Shown: positions 28,415-39,854, counted from the stretch's first letter. The stretch is 64,000 nt of DNA from Abditibacterium sp. (GCA_965199495.1 CBDASK010000003.1:1536001-1600000); one strand, 5' to 3'. Made by a program: numbers and translations. Notes: a model not told the origin generated them from the letters alone.

Positions 28415-30192
28415 ACCAAACCTTCAAATTCGTCAATTTGAGCGCGAATCACATCCAAACTCGCTGTCCAAAAATCGGGCGTCGTCACGTCAATGCCGAA
28501 CTTCGCGGCCAGAGTTTTGGCGTCGGCCATGCCGCATTCGCTCAGAAATTCGTCGTATTGCGCGCGGAACGTTTCCGGTTCGCGCTGATAGATCGCGTAA
28601 AGTCCCAGACCAAATAACAATCCGAATGTATACGGATAATTATAGAAAGTTGGGCCATAATAATGGCCTTTAACCGCCCACATATACGGATGATATGACG
28701 CCATATCATCGCCATAAGTTTGGTGTTGGGCATCCAACATGAGCGAACAAAATTCGCTTTCGGTTTGCTCGCGTTGTTCGCGCGCGGCAAAGACACTCTT
28801 CTCGAATAAAAATCGCGAATGTATATCTACGACGACCTGCAAACTACCACTTAACGAATTGTCCAACAACGCGATGCGCTCTTGCGGTTCGGCGTCTTTA
28901 ATGGCGGCTTGCAGCGCCAGAGTTTCGCAGAAAATGCTGGCGGTTTCGGCCAAAGTCATCGGGATTTGGCATTGCAACGGCGTGCGATTTTCCAAGCACA
29001 GGTTGTGGTAACCGTGTCCCAATTCGTGAGCGACGGTCGAAACGGCGTTATACGAACCGTCGAAGTTGGTCAAAATCCGCGAAACGCCGGGCAAAATGCC
29101 CGTGCAGTAAGCGCCACCGACTTTGCCCATGCGCGGCGGTGCGTCCATCCAATTTTCGTCGTAGGCCCGATCCGAAAACTCGGCCATTTTTGGCGAATAC
29201 TCGCCAAAATTTTCGCTCAGAAACTTTTGCGAAGCCACCCAACTCCACTCGCTTTTCGATTGACCGACGGGCGCGCCCAAATCGAACCATTCCAGTTTCT
29301 CGACGCCCAGAGCGCGCGCTTTGGCTTTCATATAGCGCTGAAAATCGGGAAACGAAGCCACACACGCGCTCTGCATCGCATCGAGCGTGGCCGCGTCAAT
29401 GCTGTTGCGAATCAATGTCGGCTCGACATCGCTATTGTAGCCACGGCGGCTTCGTAGTTCGCGTTGAAACCCTTTGATGCCGTTCAGAGCGCCCGCCAAA
29501 GGCATCGAAACGGTTTGCCAACTCGCGATTTCGGCGACGTAAGCGGCCTCGCGCGTTTCGCGATTCGGATCGTGCGCGAGGGCGCGAATCGAACTCATCG
29601 GCAACGCCTTTTTTTGCCCCTCGATTTCAACATCCACCGTTAAAAGCGCCGTCATATTGCCGTGCAATTTAGCCCAGCCGCCCAATCCCATCGGTTGCAG
29701 CGACGACGCCAGATTCTCTTCGGCGGCGCTCATCTGGTGCGCGGCCAATTGCGCGGCGCGGCGCACCCAAAACTCATGATCGCGCGCGACTTGCGATTGC
29801 GATAACAACGCTTCGATGTCGCTCGAACCGACCCACGCGACCAATCGCGTTTCGAGTTGGCCTAAAACAATTGTGCGCGTTTCCATCTCGGATTCGCGCG
29901 CCTTGGCGAGTTCGTCGCTCGCGTCAGTCGTCACGAAACAGCCGATATAACTGCCCAGCGTTTCCAATCGTTCGAGCAAGTGATTGAGCGAGCCGACGAT
30001 TTCTTCAAATTGGCCGACGAAAGCCAAGTCAACGGTGCCGGTTTCGCGACGAGCGACCCCGACTTGCTCAAAAAGCGCCGAGAGTTCGCCGATGGAATCG
30101 AGGGCGCTTTCAAATTCGGTGTTAAATTCGGGCGAAGTCAATGACGGAAAAATCGGCGTCATGTCCCAACGCGGCAAGGTTTGATTTTGCAT
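28411..30192 (-). CDS. pepF: M3B oligoendopeptidase F
   Basis: GKVGGAYC, AHELGHG.H, LAETASIFCE, FYNYPYTFG. Confidence 0.9.
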   Translation of the reverse strand: MQNQTLPRWDMTPIFPSLTSPEFNTEFESALDSIGELSALFEQVGVARRETGTVDLAFVGQFEEIVGSLNHLLERLETLGSYIGCFVTTDASDELAKARESEMETRTIVLGQLETRLVAWVGSSDIEALLSQSQVARDHEFWVRRAAQLAAHQMSAAEENLASSLQPMGLGGWAKLHGNMTALLTVDVEIEGQKKALPMSSIRALAHDPNRETREAAYVAEIASWQTVSMPLAGALNGIKGFQRELRSRRGYNSDVEPTLIRNSIDAATLDAMQSACVASFPDFQRYMKAKARALGVEKLEWFDLGAPVGQSKSEWSWVASQKFLSENFGEYSPKMAEFSDRAYDENWMDAPPRMGKVGGAYCTGILPGVSRILTNFDGSYNAVSTVAHELGHGYHNLCLENRTPLQCQIPMTLAETASIFCETLALQAAIKDAEPQERIALLDNSLSGSLQVVVDIHSRFLFEKSVFAAREQREQTESEFCSLMLDAQHQTYGDDMASYHPYMWAVKGHYYGPTFYNYPYTFGLLFGLGLYAIYQREPETFRAQYDEFLSECGMADAKTLAAKFGIDVTTPDFWTASLDVIRAQIDEFEGLV

Positions 30193-30239
30193 AAGCAAGA
30201 AATTAAAGTTGCAAGGTTGCCGCCGATAGTGCGGTAGCT

Positions 30240-30719
30240 TCAATTATAGACGCTCCACGCGTTGAGCCAGAGGCGCCCCGTCTTTTTGTCCGCCGCAAAA
30301 TTGCACAAAATAAACCACGGATGTTCGTCGTTCTTATCTTTTTCGACCATAAAAGAACCGCATTGCGCGCTCGGCGGAACAGTCGAAAACAATCCAGTTC
30401 CCTTTGTTAAAGCCGTTTGACTGATGGGAATAAGCGTGAATCTCGCGTGTTTTTTGAACTGCGCCAGAATTACGGATATTTGTTGTGGCGTCGTTTGTAA
30501 TACCATCGAATCGTGATTATCGGTCAAAGTGCCGCTACTTTTATGCTCGACAACTTGAATGTTTTGCGCGTTGACATCGATAAAATCGAGCGGGTTGCTT
30601 GTAGCGGCGCAACCGCGCGCCACGAAAAAACGAGCATTACTCCAACGCCGCTCAGGGCCAGCCATTTGAAAAATTTTTTCATTTGCCTCTATTATTTCAC
30701 GTTGCCGCATCCACGCCAA
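30240..30719 (-). CDS. Hypothetical protein
   Basis: ORF fills the gap; start uncertain. Confidence 0.45.
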   Translation of the reverse strand: MAWMRQREIIEANEKIFQMAGPERRWSNARFFVARGCAATSNPLDFIDVNAQNIQVVEHKSSGTLTDNHDSMVLQTTPQQISVILAQFKKHARFTLIPISQTALTKGTGLFSTVPPSAQCGSFMVEKDKNDEHPWFILCNFAADKKTGRLWLNAWSVYN

Positions 30720-30790
30720 ATTTCCGAGTGCCCACCAACGCGCACTCAGGTGCGTTACGCGCGACTATTTTGTTGGCAAGCTCTAATCCA

Positions 30791-31924
30791 ATGCGCTCTC
30801 GCAACTCCAAAAAACGCGTTCGATTATTGACGTTTGGTATCGCTCTAATTATCGGCGCCTTCGGTTTGTGGGCACAACAGCGCTGGCTCCACGATTTACG
30901 CGCCGTCCAAATCGGCGGCGACCCAACCGACGTGGCTGCACTTGCGCGCTGGCCGTGGCCCAATGCGAAAAGGGTTAATCCAACGCGCGGCGTCACACAT
31001 TGGCGCGACGATTCATCGGGCGACGGCACGGTTTGCGAACTCATCGAATTCGATTTTCAAGCCAACCCGAATTTGCGTTTCGCGCTGTTCGATCAAGACA
31101 GCGACGACGCCAAGCCTTGGGACAATCATTGTTTGTATTGGCCACGCGGCGCCGCGCAGATGACGCGACAACTCAACGACAACAATCAGCGCGTTGTCGC
31201 GTTGTGGAATGGTGCATTTTTCGGTTATCACGGCGGCTCGAAATGGGCGAATAAAGACGCGTTTCACGTTTCGCCCGTTGTCGTTGACGGCGTAGTTCAC
31301 GATTTTGGCGCCAATCACCGCTGGAGTTTCGGCGTCAAATATCGCAACGGTAAACCGACATTTTCAACGTTTCACGAGCCATCGAACGCGACGTTGAAAG
31401 AGAACTATGATTTTGCCAGTGGCGGTGTGCAATGTTTGATTCGCGATAAAAAACCGCTGGGTTTACGCGCTTATGGTTTGCCGCCGTTGACGCAGCCGGT
31501 GAATTCGACCGACAAAGAGGCCGGGCACATTCCCGATTTTGATTGGATGAAATCGAGTCGCGCCAGCATCGCATGGAACAAAGACAGTTCAAAAATGTGG
31601 CTCTTGTTCATCAAAGAAGGCGATTCCGAAGGTGCCAGCATAGCGGCGCTTAAAATCGGCGGCGGAATGTTAGGTTTGCAACTGCGCGGCGGCTGGAGCG
31701 TGGCCGATGTGCGTAGATTCTGGCTTTCCCGAAACGTGTGGGGCGCCATCAACTCGGACGCGGGCGACGTGGCTCAACTCAGCGTCTTGCGGCCCGACCG
31801 TAATTACGATTTAGTTCCGTCGCGTCAGGCCAGCTCGCAAATGCGATTGACGTTTGGGTCAGATTTTACCAATGCGCCCGCAGGCGGCGCGCTGATGTAT
31901 TTTTATGTCGCAGAACAGACTTAA
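30791..31924 (+). CDS. Membrane-anchored protein, possibly phosphodiester glycosidase (NAGPA-like)
   Basis: N-terminal TM; weak motifs WNGAFF, SRASIA, AINSDAG. Confidence 0.55.
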   Translation: MRSRNSKKRVRLLTFGIALIIGAFGLWAQQRWLHDLRAVQIGGDPTDVAALARWPWPNAKRVNPTRGVTHWRDDSSGDGTVCELIEFDFQANPNLRFALFDQDSDDAKPWDNHCLYWPRGAAQMTRQLNDNNQRVVALWNGAFFGYHGGSKWANKDAFHVSPVVVDGVVHDFGANHRWSFGVKYRNGKPTFSTFHEPSNATLKENYDFASGGVQCLIRDKKPLGLRAYGLPPLTQPVNSTDKEAGHIPDFDWMKSSRASIAWNKDSSKMWLLFIKEGDSEGASIAALKIGGGMLGLQLRGGWSVADVRRFWLSRNVWGAINSDAGDVAQLSVLRPDRNYDLVPSRQASSQMRLTFGSDFTNAPAGGALMYFYVAEQT

Positions 31925-31942
31925 CTCAGGCTTCAAAGCCAA

Positions 31943-32740
31943 TTAGCGCAAATGCTCTTCTGTTTCGCGTTCGAGTTGCATATAAGTCTCGATTTCGCGC
32001 CCAATTTGGCGCTCGATGTCTTCCGAATGCGCTTCCAGTTCCGTATCAATGGCGGGCGTGGCTGATGCGCTGAGTTGGTCTAATTCGCGGTGCAATTGGC
32101 GCGCACGCGCCGTTTTTCGCACGCTGTTCAAAATCGCTTCCAGACGGTCGCACGAACTTTGGATTTCGTCCGCGACTTTTTGCAGCGCTTCGGCATTGGC
32201 GCGCGTTTGTTCGAGGTTGCGTAAACCTGCGGAATGATTTTCGCCCAAAGCCTGCAATTGAGCGATTTTCTCGATCAAGGTTTCGCGCGTCGCGTTGATT
32301 TTAGTCAGACGCGCCCTCACCAATTCCAATTGGCGCGCTTGACGATCATAAGCGGCGACCAACTTGACGGCTTGGGACACTGGTAAAAGTTCGTGGCTCG
32401 GAGTCGCGGCTTGAATTTTGACGATTTTATCAATTAGCAAACGCGTGTCGCCCGCCAGCGGCTCGTCCTCTAAACCTTCCTTGCGGACTAATTTCCAAAA
32501 CTCCATTTGCTGATTTATTTTGTGATTTTTGAATTTGAGTAAAACGGGCGAAACAATGATGGATACCAAAAAGAAAAAGAGCAAAGAAGCAGTGTAAGAT
32601 TCGCCAAACACGAAAGCGAATAGCGCGAGAAAAGTGACGGCGAAGACGGCGAAACCGTTGATTCGAGCGCGCAAAAAAGAGCGCCGCCACGATTTTCGCT
32701 CGACGCGCACGATAATTTGCTCCGCTTCTCGATTCGTCAT
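31943..32740 (-). CDS. Hypothetical membrane / coiled-coil protein
   Basis: Two TM segments followed by helical heptads. Confidence 0.65.
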   Translation of the reverse strand: MTNREAEQIIVRVERKSWRRSFLRARINGFAVFAVTFLALFAFVFGESYTASLLFFFLVSIIVSPVLLKFKNHKINQQMEFWKLVRKEGLEDEPLAGDTRLLIDKIVKIQAATPSHELLPVSQAVKLVAAYDRQARQLELVRARLTKINATRETLIEKIAQLQALGENHSAGLRNLEQTRANAEALQKVADEIQSSCDRLEAILNSVRKTARARQLHRELDQLSASATPAIDTELEAHSEDIERQIGREIETYMQLERETEEHLR

Positions 32741-32749
32741 TTTGGCGCG

Positions 32750-33799
32750 CTACTGAACCATGCCTTTGGTCACGCGCATGAACACGTCTTCCAAATCGGC
32801 TTCGCGTTGCCCAAACGAAGCCACCGGCAACTGGTTCTGAATCAGCATGGCCAGTAATTGCGGCAGTTCGTCGTTGGTGCCGGTGAAACTCACCGTCAAA
32901 TGATTGCCCTCGGCTTTGGCGTCTTTCACCAAAGGATGCGCGCGCACGACTTGCAAGGCGCGCGCGCCGTTGGCGTTGTCGCCGGTTAAGCGAACATCCA
33001 ATAAAATCGAGCCTTCGAGCTTTTGCACGATGTCATGCACGCGACCAGCCACGACCAACTGGCCGCGCTCCATAATTCCAACCGATGTGCAGAAATCGGC
33101 GAGTTCGGGCAGAATGTGGCTGCTCACAAAAATCGTTTTGCCCATTTGCCGCAATTCTTTTAATAGCGCGCGAAATTCGATGCGCGCGCGCGGGTCAAGT
33201 CCAGACGCCGGTTCGTCCAACAACAATAATTTCGGATCGTGAACTAAGGTTTTCGCCAGACACAAACGCTGTTTCATGCCGCGACTCAAACCTTCGACGT
33301 AAGCCTCGCGTTTTTCGGTCAGGTCGGTCAATTCCAAAACGTCGTCAATAATCGCTTTGCGTTTGTTGGCCGGAATTTTATAGGCGGCGGCGAAAAAATC
33401 GAGGTATTCCCAGACTTTCACGTCGTCGTAAACGCCGAAAAAATCGGGCATGTAACCGATGATGCGGCGCACTTCAAGCGGATGCTTCAATACGTCAATG
33501 CCGTCCACTTTGACGCTTCCCGAAGTAAATTCTAAGAGTGTCGCGAGCGCTTTAATCGTCGTGGTTTTGCCCGCGCCGTTTGGCCCGATAAAACCGAAAA
33601 CTTCTCCCGGTTCGATGGTTAAATTCAGGTCGCGCACCGCTACCAAATCGCGGTAGCGTTTGGTTAAACCTTTGATTTCGATAATCGGTGTGACGCTGGA
33701 TTTGACCGGCGCCATCGGGATTCCGGCGGGCGTGGCTGTTGTTGGGGGCGTTGTGGGCGCAACGGGCGCGGGCGCAAAAGCGGAGGGTTCGGTGGCCAT
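32750..33799 (-). CDS. ABC transporter ATP-binding protein (ABC-2 type)
   Basis: GPNGAGKTT, LSRGMKQR, LLLDEP, SSH. Confidence 0.93.
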   Translation of the reverse strand: MATEPSAFAPAPVAPTTPPTTATPAGIPMAPVKSSVTPIIEIKGLTKRYRDLVAVRDLNLTIEPGEVFGFIGPNGAGKTTTIKALATLLEFTSGSVKVDGIDVLKHPLEVRRIIGYMPDFFGVYDDVKVWEYLDFFAAAYKIPANKRKAIIDDVLELTDLTEKREAYVEGLSRGMKQRLCLAKTLVHDPKLLLLDEPASGLDPRARIEFRALLKELRQMGKTIFVSSHILPELADFCTSVGIMERGQLVVAGRVHDIVQKLEGSILLDVRLTGDNANGARALQVVRAHPLVKDAKAEGNHLTVSFTGTNDELPQLLAMLIQNQLPVASFGQREADLEDVFMRVTKGMVQ

Positions 33800-33961
33800 A
33801 CCCTTTCTATTTTAACTTCTTTGTTTTCGCAGTGATAGCTAAATTCACTTCACACTTGACACCGTTTGCCCTTGACGCCAAATTTCGTTTCGATGAAAAT
33901 AGTTTCGATAGGAACCATTTGTTTCGGCAACGGTCTTGTTTCTGAATTTTTAGCATTGCCA

Positions 33962-34564
33962 ATGGCTCACACTTCACTCACGCCCGCCGACGAGACGGAA
34001 TTAACCTCAGAATTGCCGATTTTTCGGTTCATGCGCAAGATTCGTCCTGACGCGGCATCGTTTTGTAAACCCAAAGATGCAGGTGCATTGGGGCCAGGCA
34101 TTTATTGTTCGATCATGGTGCTGAATTCGGTGATGGAGCGCGCGGGCAATCGCAAATTGGAAGAACACAATTTGACGATTCCGCAATTGCTGGCGCTGGG
34201 CGCGGTTTTACACTGTGGCGCCGACGGTCTTTCGCACGGCCAGTTGGGCCAGCGCATGATGCTTTCCAAGGCGCCCGTCACCGGTTTAGTGGACAGATTG
34301 GCGCGCGCCGGACTTGTGGAGCGCCGTCCCGATGAACACGACCGCCGCGTTTCGCGCGTGGTGATTACGCCCGATGGCGAGGCGATGTGGAAACGGGCGC
34401 ACGAAACTTTAACGTCGAGCGCCAAAAATGATATGTTGGACAGCCTGAGCGAGGAGCAGCAAAACCAATTGTTGCATCTACTCAGTCATTTGTTGAGTTC
34501 GTTTGCGTCGCAGGACGAACACGTTGCCGAGTTAGTCGAAAACGCGCGCACCAACGCCGAATAA
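33962..34564 (+). CDS. MarR family regulator
   Basis: VTGLVDRL..GLVER..DRR..ITP.G. Confidence 0.88.
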   Translation: MAHTSLTPADETELTSELPIFRFMRKIRPDAASFCKPKDAGALGPGIYCSIMVLNSVMERAGNRKLEEHNLTIPQLLALGAVLHCGADGLSHGQLGQRMMLSKAPVTGLVDRLARAGLVERRPDEHDRRVSRVVITPDGEAMWKRAHETLTSSAKNDMLDSLSEEQQNQLLHLLSHLLSSFASQDEHVAELVENARTNAE

Positions 34565-34599
34565 ATCTTTAATCTTACGCTCGAATCGAGCGTTTTCCC

Positions 34600-36507
34600 A
34601 TGAAAAATTTCCCCCTTCTCGCCCTTTTTGTGTCGCTGGGCGCCGGTCAAATCGCCTACGCGCAGACCCAACCCGAAACGCAATTGCCCGCCGCTGTGGC
34701 GCCCGACTCCGCCGAAGGCAATGTGCCCGCCGACATCGCGCCCGGCACGGCGCCGATTCAAGAAGGTTCGGGCACGATTGGCACCGAAGGCATCGGCGGC
34801 GTGGCTGGTGGTTCGCCGACCGAACTCGTGCCCGTCCCCGATGTCTCGGACGCCGGATTGGCCGACGAACGCAACAACGCGAGCGCCAATGCGCCCGTCT
34901 TGACGCTCGAACAGGCCGTATCTGACGCGCTCCGCAACAACCCGACGCCTCAGGCGGCGCGCGCGGCGGTCGAAGGCGCCCTCGCGCGCGCGGGCATCGC
35001 GGCCTCGGCGGGCAAAATTCAGGGCAGTCTGGGCGGTCAACTGCAATATCAAAAAGTGCTTGGCCAGCCCAATTTCGGCAACGGCGGCGGCGTTATCATC
35101 GGCGGCACGGGAACGGGGACTGGCACCGGGACGGGAACCGGCACAACGACACCGGTGACGACGACTTCGCGCAGCAGTTCGACCAACACGCGCCAACTGT
35201 CGCTCAACGTGAGCTTGCCGGTTTATACCGGTGGACGCGTGAAAAACTCGCGGCGTTCGGCGCAAGCGGCGGCGCGCGCGGCGGTTTTGAATTCGCAGCA
35301 AACCGAACAGGAATTGGCCGCGCAAACGATTTTGGCTTATCTGGGCGTTTTGCGCGGCCAAGAACTTTTGACCGTCGCCGATTCCAATCTCGACACCTCG
35401 CGCGAACGGCGCCGCGTTTCGGGCGTGCGTTTCGATGCGGGCGCCGCCGCACGTTTGGAAGTTTTGCGCGCCGATGCCGAATTGGCGGCGTCGCAGCAAA
35501 ACCGCATTCAAGCCTCAAATTCGCTGGCGCAGGCCAAAGCCGCCGTCAATATTTTGCTGGCGCGCGCGCCCGAAACACCGCTTCGCGTCGAAGCCATTAA
35601 CGATTTGTCGTTGCCTTCCATCGCTTTGCCCGCCGTCGCGCGTTTCCCGCTGGCTGAGCAAGCCACGGCGATTGCCAACGGCGGCGCGATTCCGGCTTCG
35701 GCAGATTTGCGCGCCGTCGTCGCGACCGATTTGCCTTCTCTTCAAGCGACGCAAGAAAACATCAACGCCGCGCAGTTCAACGTGGCCGCGCAAAAAGCGC
35801 AGCGCAAACCCAATATCGGTTTGTCGCTGACTGGACTTTTGCGCGATCCCGTTGGCTCCATCGGGCGCGCGATTCTGGGCGCGGGCGTTTCGGTCGCGCA
35901 AAACCTGTTCGACGGCGGACGGATTTCGTCGCAGGTGCGCGAAGCCAACGCCTCATTGGAACAGGCACGCTTGGGCCTGACGGGCCAACAGTTGCAGGTC
36001 GCCAACGCCATCGAAGGTTCGTTGCTCACGCTCGATTCGGCGCGCAAAAAGTTGGCCTCGACCGACACCGCCGTTTTGAGCGCGCAGGAAGCATTGCGCG
36101 CGGCGCAACTGGCTTTCACGGCGGGCGCGGGCACGCCGCTCGATGTGACCGACGCGCAAAACGCGTTGTTGCAGGCGCAGACCGCCGCCGTCAACGCGAG
36201 ATTTGATGTGGCGCAGGCGCAAGTTCAATTGGCCGCCGCGACCGCGATCACGGCGGGCGGCTCAGCCACCGGCAGTTCGGGTCTGGGTACCAGCGCGGGC
36301 ACGGGCCAATCGGCGACGTTCACTTCGACGAGCGCCAGCCAGAATAGCGGCGTCAACGCCGGAACGACGGTGCGCACCGGCAGCACGTTCGGCAGCAACA
36401 CGACCGGCGCTACAACGGGCATCGGCTCAACCGGCCTTGGCTCGACGGGAATTAATTCGGGGCTGGGAACGGGCGGTCTGGGCAGCACGGGTGGATTTGG
36501 CAATTAG
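34600..36507 (+). CDS. TolC family outer membrane factor with G/T/S-rich insertion and tail
   Basis: LTLEQAV..AL.NNP, SLPVYTGG, NLFDGG, LDVTDAQ. Confidence 0.9.
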   Translation: MKNFPLLALFVSLGAGQIAYAQTQPETQLPAAVAPDSAEGNVPADIAPGTAPIQEGSGTIGTEGIGGVAGGSPTELVPVPDVSDAGLADERNNASANAPVLTLEQAVSDALRNNPTPQAARAAVEGALARAGIAASAGKIQGSLGGQLQYQKVLGQPNFGNGGGVIIGGTGTGTGTGTGTGTTTPVTTTSRSSSTNTRQLSLNVSLPVYTGGRVKNSRRSAQAAARAAVLNSQQTEQELAAQTILAYLGVLRGQELLTVADSNLDTSRERRRVSGVRFDAGAAARLEVLRADAELAASQQNRIQASNSLAQAKAAVNILLARAPETPLRVEAINDLSLPSIALPAVARFPLAEQATAIANGGAIPASADLRAVVATDLPSLQATQENINAAQFNVAAQKAQRKPNIGLSLTGLLRDPVGSIGRAILGAGVSVAQNLFDGGRISSQVREANASLEQARLGLTGQQLQVANAIEGSLLTLDSARKKLASTDTAVLSAQEALRAAQLAFTAGAGTPLDVTDAQNALLQAQTAAVNARFDVAQAQVQLAAATAITAGGSATGSSGLGTSAGTGQSATFTSTSASQNSGVNAGTTVRTGSTFGSNTTGATTGIGSTGLGSTGINSGLGTGGLGSTGGFGN

Positions 36508-36530
36508 CGCAACAATCCGAGTTTTAAATC

Positions 36531-39500
36531 ATGCAAAAGTTAGCTGAAATCTGTATTCAACGCCCGGTCTTTGCGACCGTGCTAATTCTGCTGCTCGTTG
36601 TGGTCGGCGCGGCGGGCTTCAAAAACCTGGGCGTTGACCGCTTTCCCAAAGTGGACTTTCCGACCGTCACCGTCACCACGACGCAAACCGGCGCTTCGCC
36701 CGAATCCATCGAAACCGAGGTGAGCGAACCGCTGGAAGAAGCGATTAACTCGATTTCGGGCATCGAAGATTTGCGTTCGTATTCCAACGAGGGCGTTTCC
36801 ACGGTCGCCGTCACGTTCGTTTTGTCCAAGGACGTGGACGTGGCTGCTCAGGAAGTCCGCGACAAAGTCAACCGCGCGCTGGGCCAATTGCCCAAAGACG
36901 TGGACGCGCCGATTATCCAGAAGCAGGACACGGACGCGACGCCAATCATGGGCATCGCGCTGACGGGTTCGGGCGACATTCGTGGAATTTCCGAATACGC
37001 CGACAAAACGCTGCGCCGTCGTTTGGAATCGACGCCCGGCGTCGGCAACATTGACGTTTTGGGTGGACGCGGTCGCCAGATCAATATCTATCTCGACTCG
37101 TTCAAGATGCAGTCGTTTGGCCTTACGGTCACTGACATTACCAACGCGCTGCAACAGCAGAACGCCGACATTCCTGGCGGGCGCATCGATCAGGGCGACC
37201 GCTCGCTGACGTTGCGCACCAAAGGCCGCATCGAGAATTTGCAGGGCTTCAAGGATATTCAGCTTAAAGCGGAAAATGGCGGTTCGGTCGCGCTGTCGGA
37301 TGTCGCCAACGTCGAAGATGGCATCGAAGATGTCAACACGGTTTCCGAACTCAATGGCAAGCCGACGGTTTATTTACAGATTTCCAAGCAGTCAGGCACA
37401 AACGTCGTCGAAGTGATTCAGGAAGTCAAAAATCGCCTCAAAGAGTTGCAGCCCGACATCGCGGCCAAGGGCTACGAAGTCCGCATCGTCAACGACCAGT
37501 CCGACTATATTCAGGCCGCGATTCACGCCGTGGAAGAGCATTTGATCGTCGGTTCGATTCTGGCGACTCTGGTCGTTTTGGCGTTTTTGCTCAACTGGCG
37601 CTCGACCTTTATCTCGGCGCTCGCGATTCCGGCCTCGATTATCGCGACCTTTGGTTTGATGTGGATTTTGGGTTTCACGCTCAATGTTTTGACGCTTTTG
37701 GCGCTGACGCTGAGCGTGGGTATCGTCATTGACGACGCGATTGTGGTGTTGGAAAACATCTATCGCTTCATCGAAGAGAAGGGCATGAATCCGTTTCAAG
37801 CGGCCATCGAAGGCACGCAAGAAATCGGTCTGGCGGTTTTGGCCACTTCGCTTTCTCTCATCGCCGTCTTTTTGCCGGTCGCGTTTATGAGCGGCATCGT
37901 CGGGCGTTTTATGAACTCGTTTGGCGTCACGATGAGTTGCGCGATTCTGGTTTCGCTCATCGTCGCGTTCACCCTCACGCCGACGTTATCGGCGCGAATG
38001 CTCAAGGCGCCCGATAAGAAGCGCCGCATGGACGGCGATGTCGGCAAAGATGGCGAGCGTCACGGGCACACTTCGGGATTTTTCGGTCACATTGACGCGG
38101 TTTATACCGTGATGCTCAAGTGGAGCATGAACCATCGTTGGGTGATTGGCCTGGCGTGTTTGGCGGCGATGGCGACGATGCCGTTTGTGGTTAAGCCGAT
38201 TCCCAAGAACTTCTTGCCCGACGACGACGAATCGCAGTTTCAGGTGACGGCGCGCGCGCCCGAAGGCACCTCTTTGGAAGCGACTGCGGCCATCGCTCGT
38301 AAAATCGCCACCGATATTCGCAAGCAGAAAGAAATCGAATACACCGTCATCACGATTGGCGGATCGGGCCAGAGCGCGGCGCGCAACAACGCGAGCGTGT
38401 TTGTGCGCCTCAAGCCGATTGGCGAGCGCGGCGAGACCGATGGCCACGAGCGCAGTCAGGCCGATTTGATTACCTATACGCGCAATAATATTGTGCCGAA
38501 ATTCGCGGCGGATCAACTGCGCACCACGGTTGGCCCCGCCGGTGGCATCGGCGGCGGCGGTGGCGCGCAGGGCGACGTGGCTTATACCGTTGCCGGGCCG
38601 GATTTGGACAAATTGCAGGAAGTCACGCAGAAGATGATGAGCGCCGTGCGCAAATTGCCCAAAGTCGTGGACGTGGATTCGAGTTTGATCGCGGGCAAAC
38701 CCGAACTGAACGTCGTGGTCAACAGACCTCTGGCCGCGCAGTTGGGCGTGCAGCCGCAACAGGTCGCGCAGGCACTCAACTATCTGGTCGGCGATAACGA
38801 AGTCACCAATTTCCAGCAGGGCGGCGAACAATATGAAGTTCATGTGCGCGCCGCCGAGCGTTTTCGTGACGGCGAAAACGGCATTTCGCTGCTGAGCGTG
38901 CCCGCCAGTCCCAACCTTGGGCCGGGCAACTTCCCCAAGGCGGGCGCCGCCAACTCGGTTCCGATTTCGCAGGTCACCTCGTTCAAGCGCGCGACCGGCC
39001 CGGCCACGATTCAGCGTTTGAATCGCCAGCGCGAAGTGACGATTAGCGCCAACCTGTTGCCCGGAGGTTCGGCACAGGACGTGATCGCGGGCTTAGATAA
39101 AGCGTTTGCCGCGCAGAATCTGGGGCCGGATTACAGCGCCGCACCAACGGGTCGATCGAAAGAGATGGGCAAAGCGTTCGGAGCGTTCATCACGGCATTT
39201 GGTTTGTCGATTATCTTCGTCTACCTGATTTTGGCGGCGCAGTTCGAGAGCTGGATTCACCCGGTCACGATTCTGCTTTCGCTCCCACTTACGGTTCCGT
39301 TCGCGCTGATTTCGATTTTGATTTTCGGTGGCTCGCTCAATATCTTCTCGATGCTGGGAATTCTGGTGTTGTTTGGCGTGGTGAAAAAGAACGCGATTTT
39401 GCAGATAGACCACACCAACCAATTGCGCGAACACGGCGTGCCGCGCGACGAAGCGATCATTCAGGCCAACCGCGACCGCTTGAGGCCGATTTTGATGACG

Positions 39501-39770
39501 ACGATCGCGTTCGTGGCGGGCATGTTGCCGCTCGTGATTTCGAGCGGCGTCGGTAGCGGCACCAATCGCGCTATCGGCTCGGTCATTTTCGGCGGCCAAA
39601 CGCTGTCGCTGTTGCTGACGCTGTTAGCCACGCCGGTGGCCTACTCGGTTTTCGACGACTTGTCGGGCTTTACCGCCCGCGTGCGCAATCGCGTTTTCGG
39701 CGGCGGCAAGAGCAACGCCAATCCCAAACAGGAAGCGGTGTTGCAGACATCGGCTTCGCGCGAGAAGTAA
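36531..39770 (+). CDS. RND efflux permease
   Basis: RPVFA, GIVIDDAIVVLENI, VKKNAIL, RLRPILMT. Confidence 0.95.
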   Translation: MQKLAEICIQRPVFATVLILLLVVVGAAGFKNLGVDRFPKVDFPTVTVTTTQTGASPESIETEVSEPLEEAINSISGIEDLRSYSNEGVSTVAVTFVLSKDVDVAAQEVRDKVNRALGQLPKDVDAPIIQKQDTDATPIMGIALTGSGDIRGISEYADKTLRRRLESTPGVGNIDVLGGRGRQINIYLDSFKMQSFGLTVTDITNALQQQNADIPGGRIDQGDRSLTLRTKGRIENLQGFKDIQLKAENGGSVALSDVANVEDGIEDVNTVSELNGKPTVYLQISKQSGTNVVEVIQEVKNRLKELQPDIAAKGYEVRIVNDQSDYIQAAIHAVEEHLIVGSILATLVVLAFLLNWRSTFISALAIPASIIATFGLMWILGFTLNVLTLLALTLSVGIVIDDAIVVLENIYRFIEEKGMNPFQAAIEGTQEIGLAVLATSLSLIAVFLPVAFMSGIVGRFMNSFGVTMSCAILVSLIVAFTLTPTLSARMLKAPDKKRRMDGDVGKDGERHGHTSGFFGHIDAVYTVMLKWSMNHRWVIGLACLAAMATMPFVVKPIPKNFLPDDDESQFQVTARAPEGTSLEATAAIARKIATDIRKQKEIEYTVITIGGSGQSAARNNASVFVRLKPIGERGETDGHERSQADLITYTRNNIVPKFAADQLRTTVGPAGGIGGGGGAQGDVAYTVAGPDLDKLQEVTQKMMSAVRKLPKVVDVDSSLIAGKPELNVVVNRPLAAQLGVQPQQVAQALNYLVGDNEVTNFQQGGEQYEVHVRAAERFRDGENGISLLSVPASPNLGPGNFPKAGAANSVPISQVTSFKRATGPATIQRLNRQREVTISANLLPGGSAQDVIAGLDKAFAAQNLGPDYSAAPTGRSKEMGKAFGAFITAFGLSIIFVYLILAAQFESWIHPVTILLSLPLTVPFALISILIFGGSLNIFSMLGILVLFGVVKKNAILQIDHTNQLREHGVPRDEAIIQANRDRLRPILMTTIAFVAGMLPLVISSGVGSGTNRAIGSVIFGGQTLSLLLTLLATPVAYSVFDDLSGFTARVRNRVFGGGKSNANPKQEAVLQTSASREK

Positions 39771-39854
39771 ATTGTTTTGCTTCGATGTGCTTTGTAGAGA
39801 CACCAACCGGGTGCCCTTAACATTTCCACCAACTCACGACCTTATCCTCAATCA